Assembly (NCBI GenBank): GCA_963845565.1
Contig: CAWJSJ010000002.1
Span: forward strand, 2,080,001 to 2,144,000
DNA length: 64,000 nt
Direction of reading: 5' to 3'
Origin: an uncultured Methylomirabilota bacterium
Lineage (GTDB): Bacteria > Methylomirabilota > Methylomirabilia > Methylomirabilales > 2-02-FULL-66-22
The notes under the pieces are model-generated. The model was not told the DNA's origin and ran no database searches. It worked only from the letters and a program-made list of their open reading frames with translations. Shown piece after piece: positions 1 through 12,456 of the stretch. The position numbers and the translations under genes were made by a program. The first letter of the stretch is position 1, and each line of letters begins with the position of its first letter.

Positions 1-693
1 ATTGCGTATCTGTTGATGCAGGCGTTCGAGAACGCGTTGCGTGAGGCGGACGATCAGCGCCACGTTGTCTGTCTGCTCACGCAAGTCGAAGTTGATCCCG
101 AGGATCCAGGTTTTCGAAATCCCACCAAACCGGTCGGTTACTTTTACACGGAAGAGGAGGCTCGGGGAATCGCCACGGAGCTCGGCTGGACAATGCGAGA
201 AGACGCTGGCCGCGGGTGGAGATTGGTCGTGGCGTCTCCGGAGCCGAAACACATTGTCGATATCTCCCTGATAGACGCGTTGGCGAAACGGGGCGCCGTC
301 GTCATTGCCGGAGGTGGCGGCGGGATCCCGGTGATCCGCGGGCCAAAGAAGGTCCGCCATGGGGTCGAGGCGGTGATCGACAAGGATTTAACATCCGCGC
401 TGATGGCTAACGTGCTCGGTATAGACGTGATGATGATCCTGACCGGCGTGTCGCGGGTCGCCATCGATTATCGGACGCCGCAGGAGCGCGACCTTGACCA
501 TGTGACTGTTTCGGAGGCCCGGCGCTTGCTCAGGGAAGGACAGTTTCCGGCGGGCAGCATGGGGCCGAAGATCGAGGCCGCTGTTCGGTTTCTCGAACGC
601 GGCGGCAAGCGGGCCATTATCGGTCACCTGAATGACGCCCTGCCTGCCCTCCGTGGCGAGACGGGGACCCACATCGTTCCCGATGAACACTGA
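1..693 (+). CDS. arcC: Carbamate kinase (5'-truncated by window edge)
   Basis: Motifs PTKPVG, EDAGRGWR, GGGGIPV, EAVIDKD, GSMGPK of carbamate kinases (ArcC/YahI/AllK). Confidence 0.93.
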   Translation: MAYLLMQAFENALREADDQRHVVCLLTQVEVDPEDPGFRNPTKPVGYFYTEEEARGIATELGWTMREDAGRGWRLVVASPEPKHIVDISLIDALAKRGAVVIAGGGGGIPVIRGPKKVRHGVEAVIDKDLTSALMANVLGIDVMMILTGVSRVAIDYRTPQERDLDHVTVSEARRLLREGQFPAGSMGPKIEAAVRFLERGGKRAIIGHLNDALPALRGETGTHIVPDEH

Positions 694-1702
694 GGCGCGC
701 ATGCTCATGTCGGTATCGCCATCCTCGGCCAGGGCCGCTCTTCCGACGGCGATTCCCATCACCCGGCTCGGCCGTTTCGCGGCCGACGCGCTTCGAGCGG
801 AGTCCCGGTGGGTGGTCCAGGCCGTTTTCCGCCGCAGCTTCTATTGCCGAAGTCAGGACGGGTCCTTCGTGTGCGTCGGCCCGATGTCGCTCGGCAGTGG
901 GCCGCTGAATGTCCTTTGCCCGGTCCCCGAGCGGACCGACTGGGAGGCAGCCGGTCTCGCGCCGGGCTCCGCCGCAACGTGCGATGGCACATGGTTCCGC
1001 GTCGCGGAGCATTTCGCGTTTTCGCTGGTTGACGCCACGGTCTGGCGGCCCGCCACGCCGGCCACCCGGTGGCAACCGGCGACTATGCGCGCGAACCTGG
1101 TCGCGCTTTCGCGAGAGGCGCGCGCACGATCGGCGCGGGGAGGCCTGCAAGCGTTGGTGCCGTCGTTCGCCGGGAACGCGACCAACCTCGCGGATGGAGC
1201 GTCGGGCGCCGACCCCTTGAACCGGATGGCGCTCGGGGGCGCCGGACCCTTGGCGAGATGGCTGGAGGCGAGCCTCGACCGCGCCGAAGAGCGGATCCCG
1301 ATTCCGAGTGGGGCGATCACGGCGCTGGTCGGTCTCGGCCCGGGCCTGACCCCTTCCGGGGACGACTTTCTCGGAGGCGTGCTGGTGGCCCTTCGGCAGT
1401 TGGGTGCCGCGCGCGTCGCCGCGCGCCTCGCCGCCGCTGTGCTCTCCCATGCCGAGTGGGGCACGAACGACATCAGCCGCGCGCACCTCGCCGCAGCGGC
1501 TGGCGGAGAAGGCGCGGCCGCCCTGCACGGTCTCTTGATGAGCCTGTGCACGCCAGGCGCCCCCGGGATGCGCGACTGGGTGTCCGCGATCGAAACGATC
1601 GGGCATAGCTCCGGCTGGGATGCCGTGGCGGGGATATCCTTGGTGGCGGCCGGATTCGCGCGGGTCGGTCTCGCGCGTGATGGAGGGGCGGCAACGGCCT
1701 GA
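683..1702 (+). CDS. DUF2877 protein (YahE/YlbF/AllH-like)
   Basis: Signature GLGPGLTPSGDDFLGG, TNDIS, GHSSGWD; overlaps the carbamate kinase stop; start uncertain (683 or 701). Confidence 0.85.
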   Translation: MNTEARMLMSVSPSSARAALPTAIPITRLGRFAADALRAESRWVVQAVFRRSFYCRSQDGSFVCVGPMSLGSGPLNVLCPVPERTDWEAAGLAPGSAATCDGTWFRVAEHFAFSLVDATVWRPATPATRWQPATMRANLVALSREARARSARGGLQALVPSFAGNATNLADGASGADPLNRMALGGAGPLARWLEASLDRAEERIPIPSGAITALVGLGPGLTPSGDDFLGGVLVALRQLGAARVAARLAAAVLSHAEWGTNDISRAHLAAAAGGEGAAALHGLLMSLCTPGAPGMRDWVSAIETIGHSSGWDAVAGISLVAAGFARVGLARDGGAATA

Positions 1703-1755
1703 CGGCCGTGCGTGTAACGCGGTGCGTGCCCCGCCGGCGGTGGCGCGCGTGACAC

Positions 1756-1858
1756 GCCGTTGTCAAAGAATTATTTGACGGCAGAAATTCTGAAACGGCA
1801 TAAGGAGCCGTAACGAAATCGCAAGAAGTGGCCAAGTCATTTCGTAACGGCTCCTAAG
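1756..1858 (+). repeat. Repeat family B copy 1 (bipartite ~105 bp MITE-like element)
   Basis: GCCGTTGTCAAAGAA...GAAACGGCA-TAAGGAGCCGTAACGAAAT-N19-ATTTCGTAACGGCTCCTAAG; matches 42325-42430, 57773-57878 and 17950-17990. Confidence 0.85.
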
Positions 1859-1868
1859 GAGAGGGCTC

Positions 1869-3389
1869 ATGGCGATACGTACGGAAATATTATCGTCTTT
1901 CTATCAGGATTCGGTCGTGTTCATGCGCATCGCGTCCCAGATCCGGACGCGGCCTGGGGTGCGGGAGGCGGCCGCGTTCATGGGGACGCCGTCGAACCAG
2001 GGCTTGCTGGAGCAGATCGGCCTGGCGACGGTCGAGAGCAAGGAGGCGCGTCCAAATGACCTGATTCTCACGGTGGACGCGGACAGCGATGCCGCGGCCG
2101 AAGCGGCGCTGGCGGCGGCGAAGGAACTGCTCGCCCAGCGGCGCCAGGTCAGCGAGTCGGCCGCGGAGGTGCGGCCCCGCACTTTGGAGTCGGCTCTCCG
2201 AATGCTCCCTGATGCGAACCTGGTCGCCATCTCGGTTCCGGGGGCCTACGCCAAGTTCGAGGCGATGAAGGCGATCAAGCATGGCCTGCACGTGTTCCTG
2301 TTCAGCGACAACGTGCCGGTCCAGGACGAGATCGAGCTCAAGACCGAAGCGGTGCGCCGAGGCGTCTTGTGTATGGGGCCTGACTGTGGGACAGCCTACC
2401 TGAACGGCATGGGGGTTGGCTTCACTAACGTCGCGCCGCGCGGACGCATCGGGTTCGTCGCTGCCGCGGGGACGGGGCTTCAGGCGGTGGTCTCCCGCGT
2501 CGCGGCGTTGGGAGAAGGTGTCTCGCATGGCATCGGCGTCGGCGGGCGGGATCTATCGTCCGAGGTCGGGGGAATGATGACGCTCTTCGCCCTGGAGGCG
2601 CTGGCGGACGATCCGTCCACCGAAGCCATCGTGATCATCTCGAAACCGCCACACCCGACGATCCTGCCGCGGCTGGAGGCGGCCATTGCGAAGATCCGGA
2701 AGCCGGTGGTGGCGTGCGTGCTGGGCGTACAGGCGCCGGCGCAGAGTGCGGCGACATGGGTCGATACGCTGGACGCCGCCGCGGATGCCGTCGTGGCGCT
2801 GATCGCCAAGCGGAACCTCGGGTGGGGGACGTTTTCGGATGTGTCCGGGATTCGCGCCCGTCTGGCCCGCCTCCAGGCGAAAGGTCCGATTGCCCCCGAG
2901 GTGTTCGGCCTGTACACGGGCGGGACGCTCGCGCATGAGACGCATCTGCTGCTCGATTCTCTTCTGGGACATGACGCTCGGCATCAGATCCTCGATCTGG
3001 GCGACGATCAATACACCGTGGGCCGGCCCCACCCCATGATCGATCCGCAGACTCGGACGGACATGATTCTCAAGGCGGGTCAGGAGAAGGCGGGGGTACT
3101 GCTTGTGGACCTGGTGCTGGGCCGAGGATCGCATCCCAATCCGGCAGCGCCTCTCGCGGCGGCGATACGCCAGGCATCCGCCATGGCCGCGGCGGCCGGT
3201 CGGCGGCTGATCGCGGTGGGGTCGGTTGTGGGAACCGCCGGGGACCCCCAGGACCTCGCGGGCCAGGTGGCCCAACTGGAAGAGGCGGGAGTCGAGCTTC
3301 TTCCATCCAACGCGGAGGCCGCCCGATTTGCCGCACTCCTGGTCAAGCCCGAGCTTGCCGAAACGCTCGCTGTGGAGGTGTCCCGATGA
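1869..3389 (+). CDS. fdrA: FdrA/YahF (AllF-like) acyl-CoA synthetase-family protein
   Basis: YQDSV, MGTPSN, FSDNV, MGPDCGT, GLYTGGTL, DLGDDQYTVGRPHPMID; RBS AGGAG. Confidence 0.9.
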   Translation: MAIRTEILSSFYQDSVVFMRIASQIRTRPGVREAAAFMGTPSNQGLLEQIGLATVESKEARPNDLILTVDADSDAAAEAALAAAKELLAQRRQVSESAAEVRPRTLESALRMLPDANLVAISVPGAYAKFEAMKAIKHGLHVFLFSDNVPVQDEIELKTEAVRRGVLCMGPDCGTAYLNGMGVGFTNVAPRGRIGFVAAAGTGLQAVVSRVAALGEGVSHGIGVGGRDLSSEVGGMMTLFALEALADDPSTEAIVIISKPPHPTILPRLEAAIAKIRKPVVACVLGVQAPAQSAATWVDTLDAAADAVVALIAKRNLGWGTFSDVSGIRARLARLQAKGPIAPEVFGLYTGGTLAHETHLLLDSLLGHDARHQILDLGDDQYTVGRPHPMIDPQTRTDMILKAGQEKAGVLLVDLVLGRGSHPNPAAPLAAAIRQASAMAAAAGRRLIAVGSVVGTAGDPQDLAGQVAQLEEAGVELLPSNAEAARFAALLVKPELAETLAVEVSR

Positions 3390-3562
3390 GCATGCTGAAG
3401 ATCTTCGCCGAGCCGCTGCGGGTGATCAATATTGGGGTCGAGGGCTTCGCCGAGGATCTCAAGGCCGCCGGTGTGGAGGTCATTCAGCTCGACTGGCGCC
3501 CTCCGACGGGCGGGAACGCACGTCTGACTGCCCTGCTGGCCAGCCTGCAAGACGACGACTAA
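3386..3562 (+). CDS. Stand-alone 58-aa FdrA C-terminal / YahG N-terminal module (not in ORF track)
   Basis: ATGA overlap with fdrA stop and GGAGG RBS; MSMLKIFAEPLRVINIGVEGFAEDLKAAGVEVIQLDWRPPTGGNARLTALLASLQDDD. Confidence 0.85.
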   Translation: MSMLKIFAEPLRVINIGVEGFAEDLKAAGVEVIQLDWRPPTGGNARLTALLASLQDDD

Positions 3563-3664
3563 GATCCCCCGTACGCGTCCGAAGTCGTCTGTCGTCCCTG
3601 CTGCGGTGGCAGATTGCACCTCCGACAGTAGGGAGCCGACGGGCCGCCTTGGTGTTGCGACGCG

Positions 3665-4576
3665 TCAACGGGAAAAGGGATGATGCTGAATCCAGTGCCG
3701 GGCGATGTCGATCCGCCGGCAGGTCCAGACATCCGGATGCTGCGTCACATAATCGAGGAATCGCTCCAGGCCCGCCGCCCGTGACGGATGGCCGACAAGT
3801 CGCATATGGAGCCCCACCGACATCATCTTGGGTTGCGTCCTGCCCTCGCGGTACAGCAGATCGAAGCCATCCTTCAGGAACGTGAAGAAGTGATCGGCGG
3901 TGAAAAACCCTCCAACACCGAACTTCAGGTCGTTTGTGCTCAAGGAGTACGGCACGACGAGGTGCGCCGCTTCTCCGACCCGAACCCAGTATGGGAGTTC
4001 GTCGTTGTATGCATCAGAATCGTACAGGAAACCGCCCTCCTCGACAAGGAGTCGTCGGGTATTGATGCCCGGTCCATACCGGCAGTACCAGCCCAGCGGG
4101 CGCTGCCCCACGGTTTTTCCCAACGACTCGACGGCCAGACGTATGTGGCGACGCTCCTCTTCTTCGGACAACTCGAATTGCCTCACCCAGCGCCAGCCGT
4201 GGCTACAGACGTCGTGGCCGGCCTCGACGATGGCCTTGGCCGCCTCGGGGTTCCGCTCCAAAGCCAGAGCGCATCCGAACACCGTGAGGGGAAGACCACG
4301 CTCTCGAAAGATTCTCATGAGCCGCCAGAAGCCGACGCGGCTCCCATACTCGAACATGGACTCGGCGGCAAGGTCGCGGCCTCGGACCGTCTGGCCCGTT
4401 CCAGTGGCTTCGGTGAGCGTCGCTTCGGAAAACCCGTCCTCGTCCGGTACGGAATACTCGGAACCTTCCTCGTAATTCATCACAAAATTGAGCGCTAGAC
4501 GGGCATGGCGTGGCCAGCGAGGGTCAGGAGGATTGGCGCCGTAGCCGACGAGATCGCGGGGATAGCCGTTGGCCAT
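3665..4576 (-). CDS. puuE: Allantoinase PuuE (polysaccharide deacetylase fold)
   Basis: YPRDLVGYG, NYEEG, ESMFEYGSRVGFWR, HGWRW, MMSVGLH. Confidence 0.88.
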   Translation of the reverse strand: MANGYPRDLVGYGANPPDPRWPRHARLALNFVMNYEEGSEYSVPDEDGFSEATLTEATGTGQTVRGRDLAAESMFEYGSRVGFWRLMRIFRERGLPLTVFGCALALERNPEAAKAIVEAGHDVCSHGWRWVRQFELSEEEERRHIRLAVESLGKTVGQRPLGWYCRYGPGINTRRLLVEEGGFLYDSDAYNDELPYWVRVGEAAHLVVPYSLSTNDLKFGVGGFFTADHFFTFLKDGFDLLYREGRTQPKMMSVGLHMRLVGHPSRAAGLERFLDYVTQHPDVWTCRRIDIARHWIQHHPFSR

Positions 4577-4654
4577 GGGTTTCCCTCCGTGGCTTCCGAT
4601 GCCTCGGGAAGCGGCGCAGACTTCGACAACCGGACATGGGGCAAGGTAATTGAA

Positions 4655-5911
4655 CTACGCGGCGGAAACCGCCGTGGACCGCGCGGCCGCGAAAGCCTCC
4701 AGTGCCTTGACGAAGCATTCCATCGGTACTGCCGTGATGCCCGCGCCGATCTGGCCGACTCCAGGCCGGCGACACGCGATGCCGGTGTTGATGACTGGGG
4801 TGAAACCGGTCTCGACCACCTTTCGGATGTCGATTCCAAGCGGCGTACCTCGAAAGTTCAACGCGGGGATCTTGAAAGTGTCGTGTTCTCCCGCGGTGAT
4901 CTCGTAGGACCGCATGGTCGTTTCCACGGCCTTTTGGGGTGTCCCCCCTACGTACTGGACGATGGCCGGTGCGGCGGCCATGGCGCACGAACCCAATCCC
5001 ATGGTCTCGGTGATCGCCGAATCCCCGATGTCCGGATTGGCGTCGTCGGGGCCGAAGCCGGGGAAGTACACGCCCTCGATCTTGGGGGCCGGGGCAGTGA
5101 ACCATGTATCCCCCAGGCCGCTTACACGGATCCCGACCTCGGTGCCGTTTCGGGCAATGGTGGTGACGACGGTGGAATCCGGGATGCCGCTCCCCGCATC
5201 CAGCATCGCCTTGCAGCTCGGCATGACGCTGTTCAGGATGAAATGGCCAGACCCCTCGATAAAGGTGATGGCCTTGATGGCCTGCTCGGTGGACTTGGCC
5301 ACCGCTATGAGATGCGGGGCAAGTGCAAGGGTCAACAGGGAGTTGCTGGCCTTATTCCGGTTGTGCATCTCGTCACCCATCTGGACCGCCTGGGCAACGA
5401 GGTTCTTGATGTCAATTCCCCCGGAGCGACGGATCGCGTCGCGGAGTAATTGAGCCAGCTCGCTATTCATCCAGCGGAGCCGCTCCAACACGTCCGGCGT
5501 GTTTGCCCCGTGCCGCAAGACCTTGCCGATACCCTCGTACAGGTTGCAGTACGTCTCGATGTCGTGGACATCGTTCCGGATCACGTTGACCATCATGGAC
5601 GGGGTGGTGATCCCGGACATGGGGCCGCAGGCCCGGTGATTGTGCAGGGAATCGAAGTGCAGTGCCCCGCCGGCCGCCAAGGCCTCGGCTTCCTCCAGCG
5701 TCGTGGCCCAACCTTCGAACAGGCAGGCGCCGGCAATAGCCCCCTGCATGGGGCCGCACATCCTCTCCCAGGCGACCGGCGGCCCGGCGTGGAAGACGGA
5801 GCGATCGCCCATGCCGGGGATCACGTCCCGCGCCTTGCGGATGTCCACGAGCGTGGCCGTACTCTCCTGAATCCGTTTCACGCATTCCTTGTTCGCTGCC
5901 GAAATACTCAT
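4655..5911 (-). CDS. DUF1116 protein (YlbE/YahG/AllG-like)
   Basis: HAGPP, MGDEMHNRN, ARNG, DIGDSAITET, INTGIA, GQIGAG; RBS GGAGG before ATG 5911. Confidence 0.9.
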   Translation of the reverse strand: MSISAANKECVKRIQESTATLVDIRKARDVIPGMGDRSVFHAGPPVAWERMCGPMQGAIAGACLFEGWATTLEEAEALAAGGALHFDSLHNHRACGPMSGITTPSMMVNVIRNDVHDIETYCNLYEGIGKVLRHGANTPDVLERLRWMNSELAQLLRDAIRRSGGIDIKNLVAQAVQMGDEMHNRNKASNSLLTLALAPHLIAVAKSTEQAIKAITFIEGSGHFILNSVMPSCKAMLDAGSGIPDSTVVTTIARNGTEVGIRVSGLGDTWFTAPAPKIEGVYFPGFGPDDANPDIGDSAITETMGLGSCAMAAAPAIVQYVGGTPQKAVETTMRSYEITAGEHDTFKIPALNFRGTPLGIDIRKVVETGFTPVINTGIACRRPGVGQIGAGITAVPMECFVKALEAFAAARSTAVSAA

Positions 5912-5962
5912 ACCGCCTCCAATGGATGTCAACAGGAACGCCCCGCCCGACGCTCCCGGGCT

Positions 5963-7246
5963 TTACATCTGCTTGGGCAGCCAGGTCACCAGCGCTGGGA
6001 ATTGTGTGAGGAGCAAGGTGAACAGCAACATGATGATGACGTATGGCCAGGCACCCTTGATGACGTCTTTCAGCGGACCGCCATCACGGCGTACCCCTTG
6101 AATGACGAACAGATTCATCCCGACCGGTGGAGTGATCATGCCGATCTCGCTCATGAGAACGATGAAGATGCCGAGCCAGATGGCGTCCCCGCCCACCGCG
6201 GTGACGATGGGGTACACGATCGGGATGGTGGCCACCTGCATGGCCAGGACGTCCAGGAAGCAGCCGAGAATCAGGTAAAACACGGTCAGAGCCAGGACGA
6301 GCATGTTGAATGACAACTGCATGTCCGTAACCACTTTCGTCATGGCCTGGGCCACACCGAGCATGCTCAATGCCAGGTTCAAGACGAAGGCGCCGGTGAT
6401 GATCAGGAGGATCATTCCAGTGAGCTGGGCCGTCCGGATGAAGCAGGGGTTGAGCATGGCGAAGGACAGGCGTCCCGCCTTCAACGCGAAACCTAAGGCA
6501 ACGGCGATCCCCAGGGCGGCCGCCTCGGTCGGCGTGGCGATTCCGAAGTAGATGCTCCCCATCACGATGGAGAACACGATCAACGGGGGAAGGAGGAGCG
6601 GGGTCGCCGCCAGACGCTCCTTCCAAGTGGCTTTTCGCTCCCTGCCGGTGGTGGGGCGCCGTATCGCTTCCATGAAGATGTACATACTGAAGCAGAGGGT
6701 GAGCAGGATGCCCGGAATCACCCCGCCGACGAACAGTTTGCTGATAGAGTTGTTGGTCAGACTGCCGTACACCAGCAGGGCGACGCTCGGGGGGATCAGG
6801 ATGCCCAGCGTGCCACCCGCCGCCAGCGAGCCCAGAGCCATGGGCTTGTCGTACCCCCGCTTGTCCAGCTCGGGCAGCGCCACCGTGCCGATGGTGGCCG
6901 CACACGCGACCGAAGAGCCGGTGGTGGCGGCGAAGAGGGCGCAGCAGCCGATGTTGCTGTGCAGGAGTCCACCGGGCAAGCCCGTGAGCCAGATGGAGAG
7001 TCCCTTGTACATCCCATCCGCAATGCCGCTCCGGAGCAGCAACTCTCCCATCATGATGAACACCGGGATGGCCGTCAGCATGTTTTCGTTGTGGACCCCC
7101 CAGATCACGCTCCCGATGGAATCCAGGAACGGCTGCCCAAAGGCGAGCCACCCCCCGGCCATCCCGAGGCTCATCATGATCGGTCCGATGGGGATGCCGA
7201 TCATCAGCAATGCGACCATGATCAGAAGACCGAGCAATACAGCCAT
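5963..7246 (-). CDS. dctM: TRAP transporter large permease DctM
   Basis: Polytopic; GGTLGILIPPS, TPTEAA, ITPPVGMNLF. Confidence 0.92.
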   Translation of the reverse strand: MAVLLGLLIMVALLMIGIPIGPIMMSLGMAGGWLAFGQPFLDSIGSVIWGVHNENMLTAIPVFIMMGELLLRSGIADGMYKGLSIWLTGLPGGLLHSNIGCCALFAATTGSSVACAATIGTVALPELDKRGYDKPMALGSLAAGGTLGILIPPSVALLVYGSLTNNSISKLFVGGVIPGILLTLCFSMYIFMEAIRRPTTGRERKATWKERLAATPLLLPPLIVFSIVMGSIYFGIATPTEAAALGIAVALGFALKAGRLSFAMLNPCFIRTAQLTGMILLIITGAFVLNLALSMLGVAQAMTKVVTDMQLSFNMLVLALTVFYLILGCFLDVLAMQVATIPIVYPIVTAVGGDAIWLGIFIVLMSEIGMITPPVGMNLFVIQGVRRDGGPLKDVIKGAWPYVIIMLLFTLLLTQFPALVTWLPKQM

Positions 7247-7271
7247 GGCAGAGATCCTCTCCGTGAGCGGC

Positions 7272-7838
7272 CTAGAGGCGCCGCTTGGCGTCCTCGAGCT
7301 CTTCCTGAAGCTCTTCCCTGGCCGCCTTGGGCTCGAACTCCGAGGCCAACTGCGCGGTCTGGCCGCGCAAGAGTAGATAGGTAGCCCGACCGCCCAGCAG
7401 GACGGCCACGATGGCGAAGGCGACGATCCCTGCGTACCAGACCGTCTGGGGGTACTTGAGCGGAGTCGCCCAGGGGGTCGGAGCCGTGCTGTTGTACGCA
7501 AACGTGTCGCGGACCACCCCAAAAGACGCCCAGGCGAGCACCAAGGCGAACAGGGCGATGGAGGTCACGGAGATCCAGTTCAGGAGCGCCTGACCGCGCT
7601 GGGACAGGCGGTAGTGGATCACATCGATGCGCATGTGGTTGCGCCCGATCAGCGCCACGCAGAAGGAGAGACAGGCGCTGACCGCCAGGATGTATCCGCC
7701 GATCTCGTCGGCCCCCTGCATGGACCAGTTGAAGAGCTTCCTGGCCCCGACCTCGACGGTGACGAGCAGACCCAGGAGCATCGTCAGCCAGCCGAAAGTC
7801 AGGCCCAGGATGTCGGAGAGACGCTTCATGATTGGCAT
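7272..7838 (-). CDS. dctQ: TRAP transporter small permease DctQ
   Basis: 4 TM segments, DEIGGY, HMRID. Confidence 0.88.
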   Translation of the reverse strand: MPIMKRLSDILGLTFGWLTMLLGLLVTVEVGARKLFNWSMQGADEIGGYILAVSACLSFCVALIGRNHMRIDVIHYRLSQRGQALLNWISVTSIALFALVLAWASFGVVRDTFAYNSTAPTPWATPLKYPQTVWYAGIVAFAIVAVLLGGRATYLLLRGQTAQLASEFEPKAAREELQEELEDAKRRL

Positions 7839-7920
7839 GGTGCTCCTCGCGCGAAGCCGGGGCGCCACCGCCAGGAGGCCGGGTTGTGTCCCGGTGCTCT
7901 GGCGGTGGCGGAATCCAATC

Positions 7921-8967
7921 CTACTTGATGCCGGTGAGCGGGCCGAGGATCTCCTTCCACTTGGCCCCGCAGCCGGGCATGCTGCGCTCGCACACGGCGG
8001 ACCACGCCGGGAAAGAGATCTTGGCCACCGCATCCGAGAGCAATTTCTGGTCGGCTTCCGTGACCGGAACTTCCTTCATCTTGAATTTGTTGACGGTCTT
8101 GCAGGGTTCCTTCCCGACATTGCAGCGCACCGCGTCGAGGAAGATCTCCTCGGAATAGGCCCAGATGTCCTTGTTCAGGCCGTCGATAGCGGTCTGGAGC
8201 TTCTTCTGGTTCTCGGCGCCCAGCTTCTGCCAGCTATTCAGGTTCATGATGTATCCGTTGAACCCGACCTGGAAGCCGATCGGCATGAAATACTCGGACA
8301 CCTCCGGCCAGCCGGCGGTGTTGGCGGAACTGGGACCGGTGATGGCGCACTCGACCACGCCCCGCGCCAGCGCCTGCTGCGTTTCGGAGAAGCCGACGGA
8401 AACCGGAATGGCGCCGAGGCTCTCGATGAACTGGGCCAGGCTCTGATCGTAGACGCGCACCTTCATGCCTTTGATATCGCGCAGTCCCTTGATCTCCTTC
8501 TTGCAGAAGAGAACCTGGGGTCCGAAGGGCCACAAGCCGAGCAGGCGGGAGTTGAACTTCTCCTGGATCACCTTGTCGAAGTGCGGAGAGTAAAGGTCGT
8601 ACACCTTACGCGCCATCTTGTAGTCGGGAACCAGGCCAACGATATCTTGACCGAGGAGGAACGGCTCGTCACGAGCGGCCTGCGCCGCGCGCAAGGAGAC
8701 GATGTCGAAGAGCCCGGTCTTCGACAGGCGGAGGGTTTCCTCGGATTTCTGACCGGTGACGTCGATGGGCTTGTAGTTCACCGTGGCCTGGATCCCGGTA
8801 TTCTTGGCGAAGTTCTCGAAGAACGGCTGCTCCTTGTTCTTCTGGATCAATCCGGTGGCGATAGGTTGTCCCAGAACATTGAGGGAGATTTCGCCGGCGA
8901 CGGCGGCGCCGGTCAGGACGCTTGCGCCCAGCAACAGAACGAGTGCGGTCCACAGCAGTCGCTTCAT
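7921..8967 (-). CDS. dctP: TRAP substrate-binding protein DctP
   Basis: Signal peptide, DIKGMKVR, ALARGVVE; RBS AGGAGG. Confidence 0.9.
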   Translation of the reverse strand: MKRLLWTALVLLLGASVLTGAAVAGEISLNVLGQPIATGLIQKNKEQPFFENFAKNTGIQATVNYKPIDVTGQKSEETLRLSKTGLFDIVSLRAAQAARDEPFLLGQDIVGLVPDYKMARKVYDLYSPHFDKVIQEKFNSRLLGLWPFGPQVLFCKKEIKGLRDIKGMKVRVYDQSLAQFIESLGAIPVSVGFSETQQALARGVVECAITGPSSANTAGWPEVSEYFMPIGFQVGFNGYIMNLNSWQKLGAENQKKLQTAIDGLNKDIWAYSEEIFLDAVRCNVGKEPCKTVNKFKMKEVPVTEADQKLLSDAVAKISFPAWSAVCERSMPGCGAKWKEILGPLTGIK

Positions 8968-9114
8968 GGAGTGCCTCCTGTTGAAAAGAGTGGCGGGCCT
9001 GAAAAAGGGGAAACGCAAACGCGTCCCCGGAGTGCGACAGGGGTTTCGAGGTGCGGTGAAGCAGTGTGCAGGTCCGGTCCCATATGATGCGTACTCCGGA
9101 CGAAGGTTGAAGAG

Positions 9115-9160
9115 AGAATATGTAATATTGTATTATGTGTCAAGTATTATTTATTGTATT
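9115..9160 (-). promoter_or_regulatory. Sigma70 promoter of the dctPQM-DUF1116-puuE operon with probable operator
   Basis: Minus strand TTGACA (9143-9138), 17-nt spacer, TATTCT (9120-9115) in an AT-rich patch; ATTGTATT repeated at 9127 and 9153. Confidence 0.75.
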
Positions 9161-9512
9161 CGAATCTTGGCTGAAGCAAATGGGCGTGATCGGCATCGAG
9201 CGCCGACGACGAGCCTGAAATCGATCGGCTTCCGTTCCGGGTCGACGGTCAGGTCGCATCTCGGCGCCGGCTTCTTCCGGCCAGGTTCTCGACGGCCGCT
9301 GGGTATCGAATAGAGCACTTGGCGAGTTTGGGTGGCGGGAATAACCGCCGCCGGGGTGGGTGGTCGAAGAAGGGTTTGCGACCGAGGGTCTATGACCAGC
9401 TAACTAACCGGCAATACGCCGTGCCCCGGGAAATGCGTTGCCCGGGCGCCGTTTCGTCTGTTAAGATGCGCTGTCGCGGATGGTCGCGACGCGAAAGGAT
9501 GGGTCGCCTCGA

Positions 9513-12404
<2,892 letters not shown>

Positions 12405-12456
12405 TGCGGACAGGACGTCGGCGCGGGCGACAGACGGGTCGGAATGGAGGCATGCC

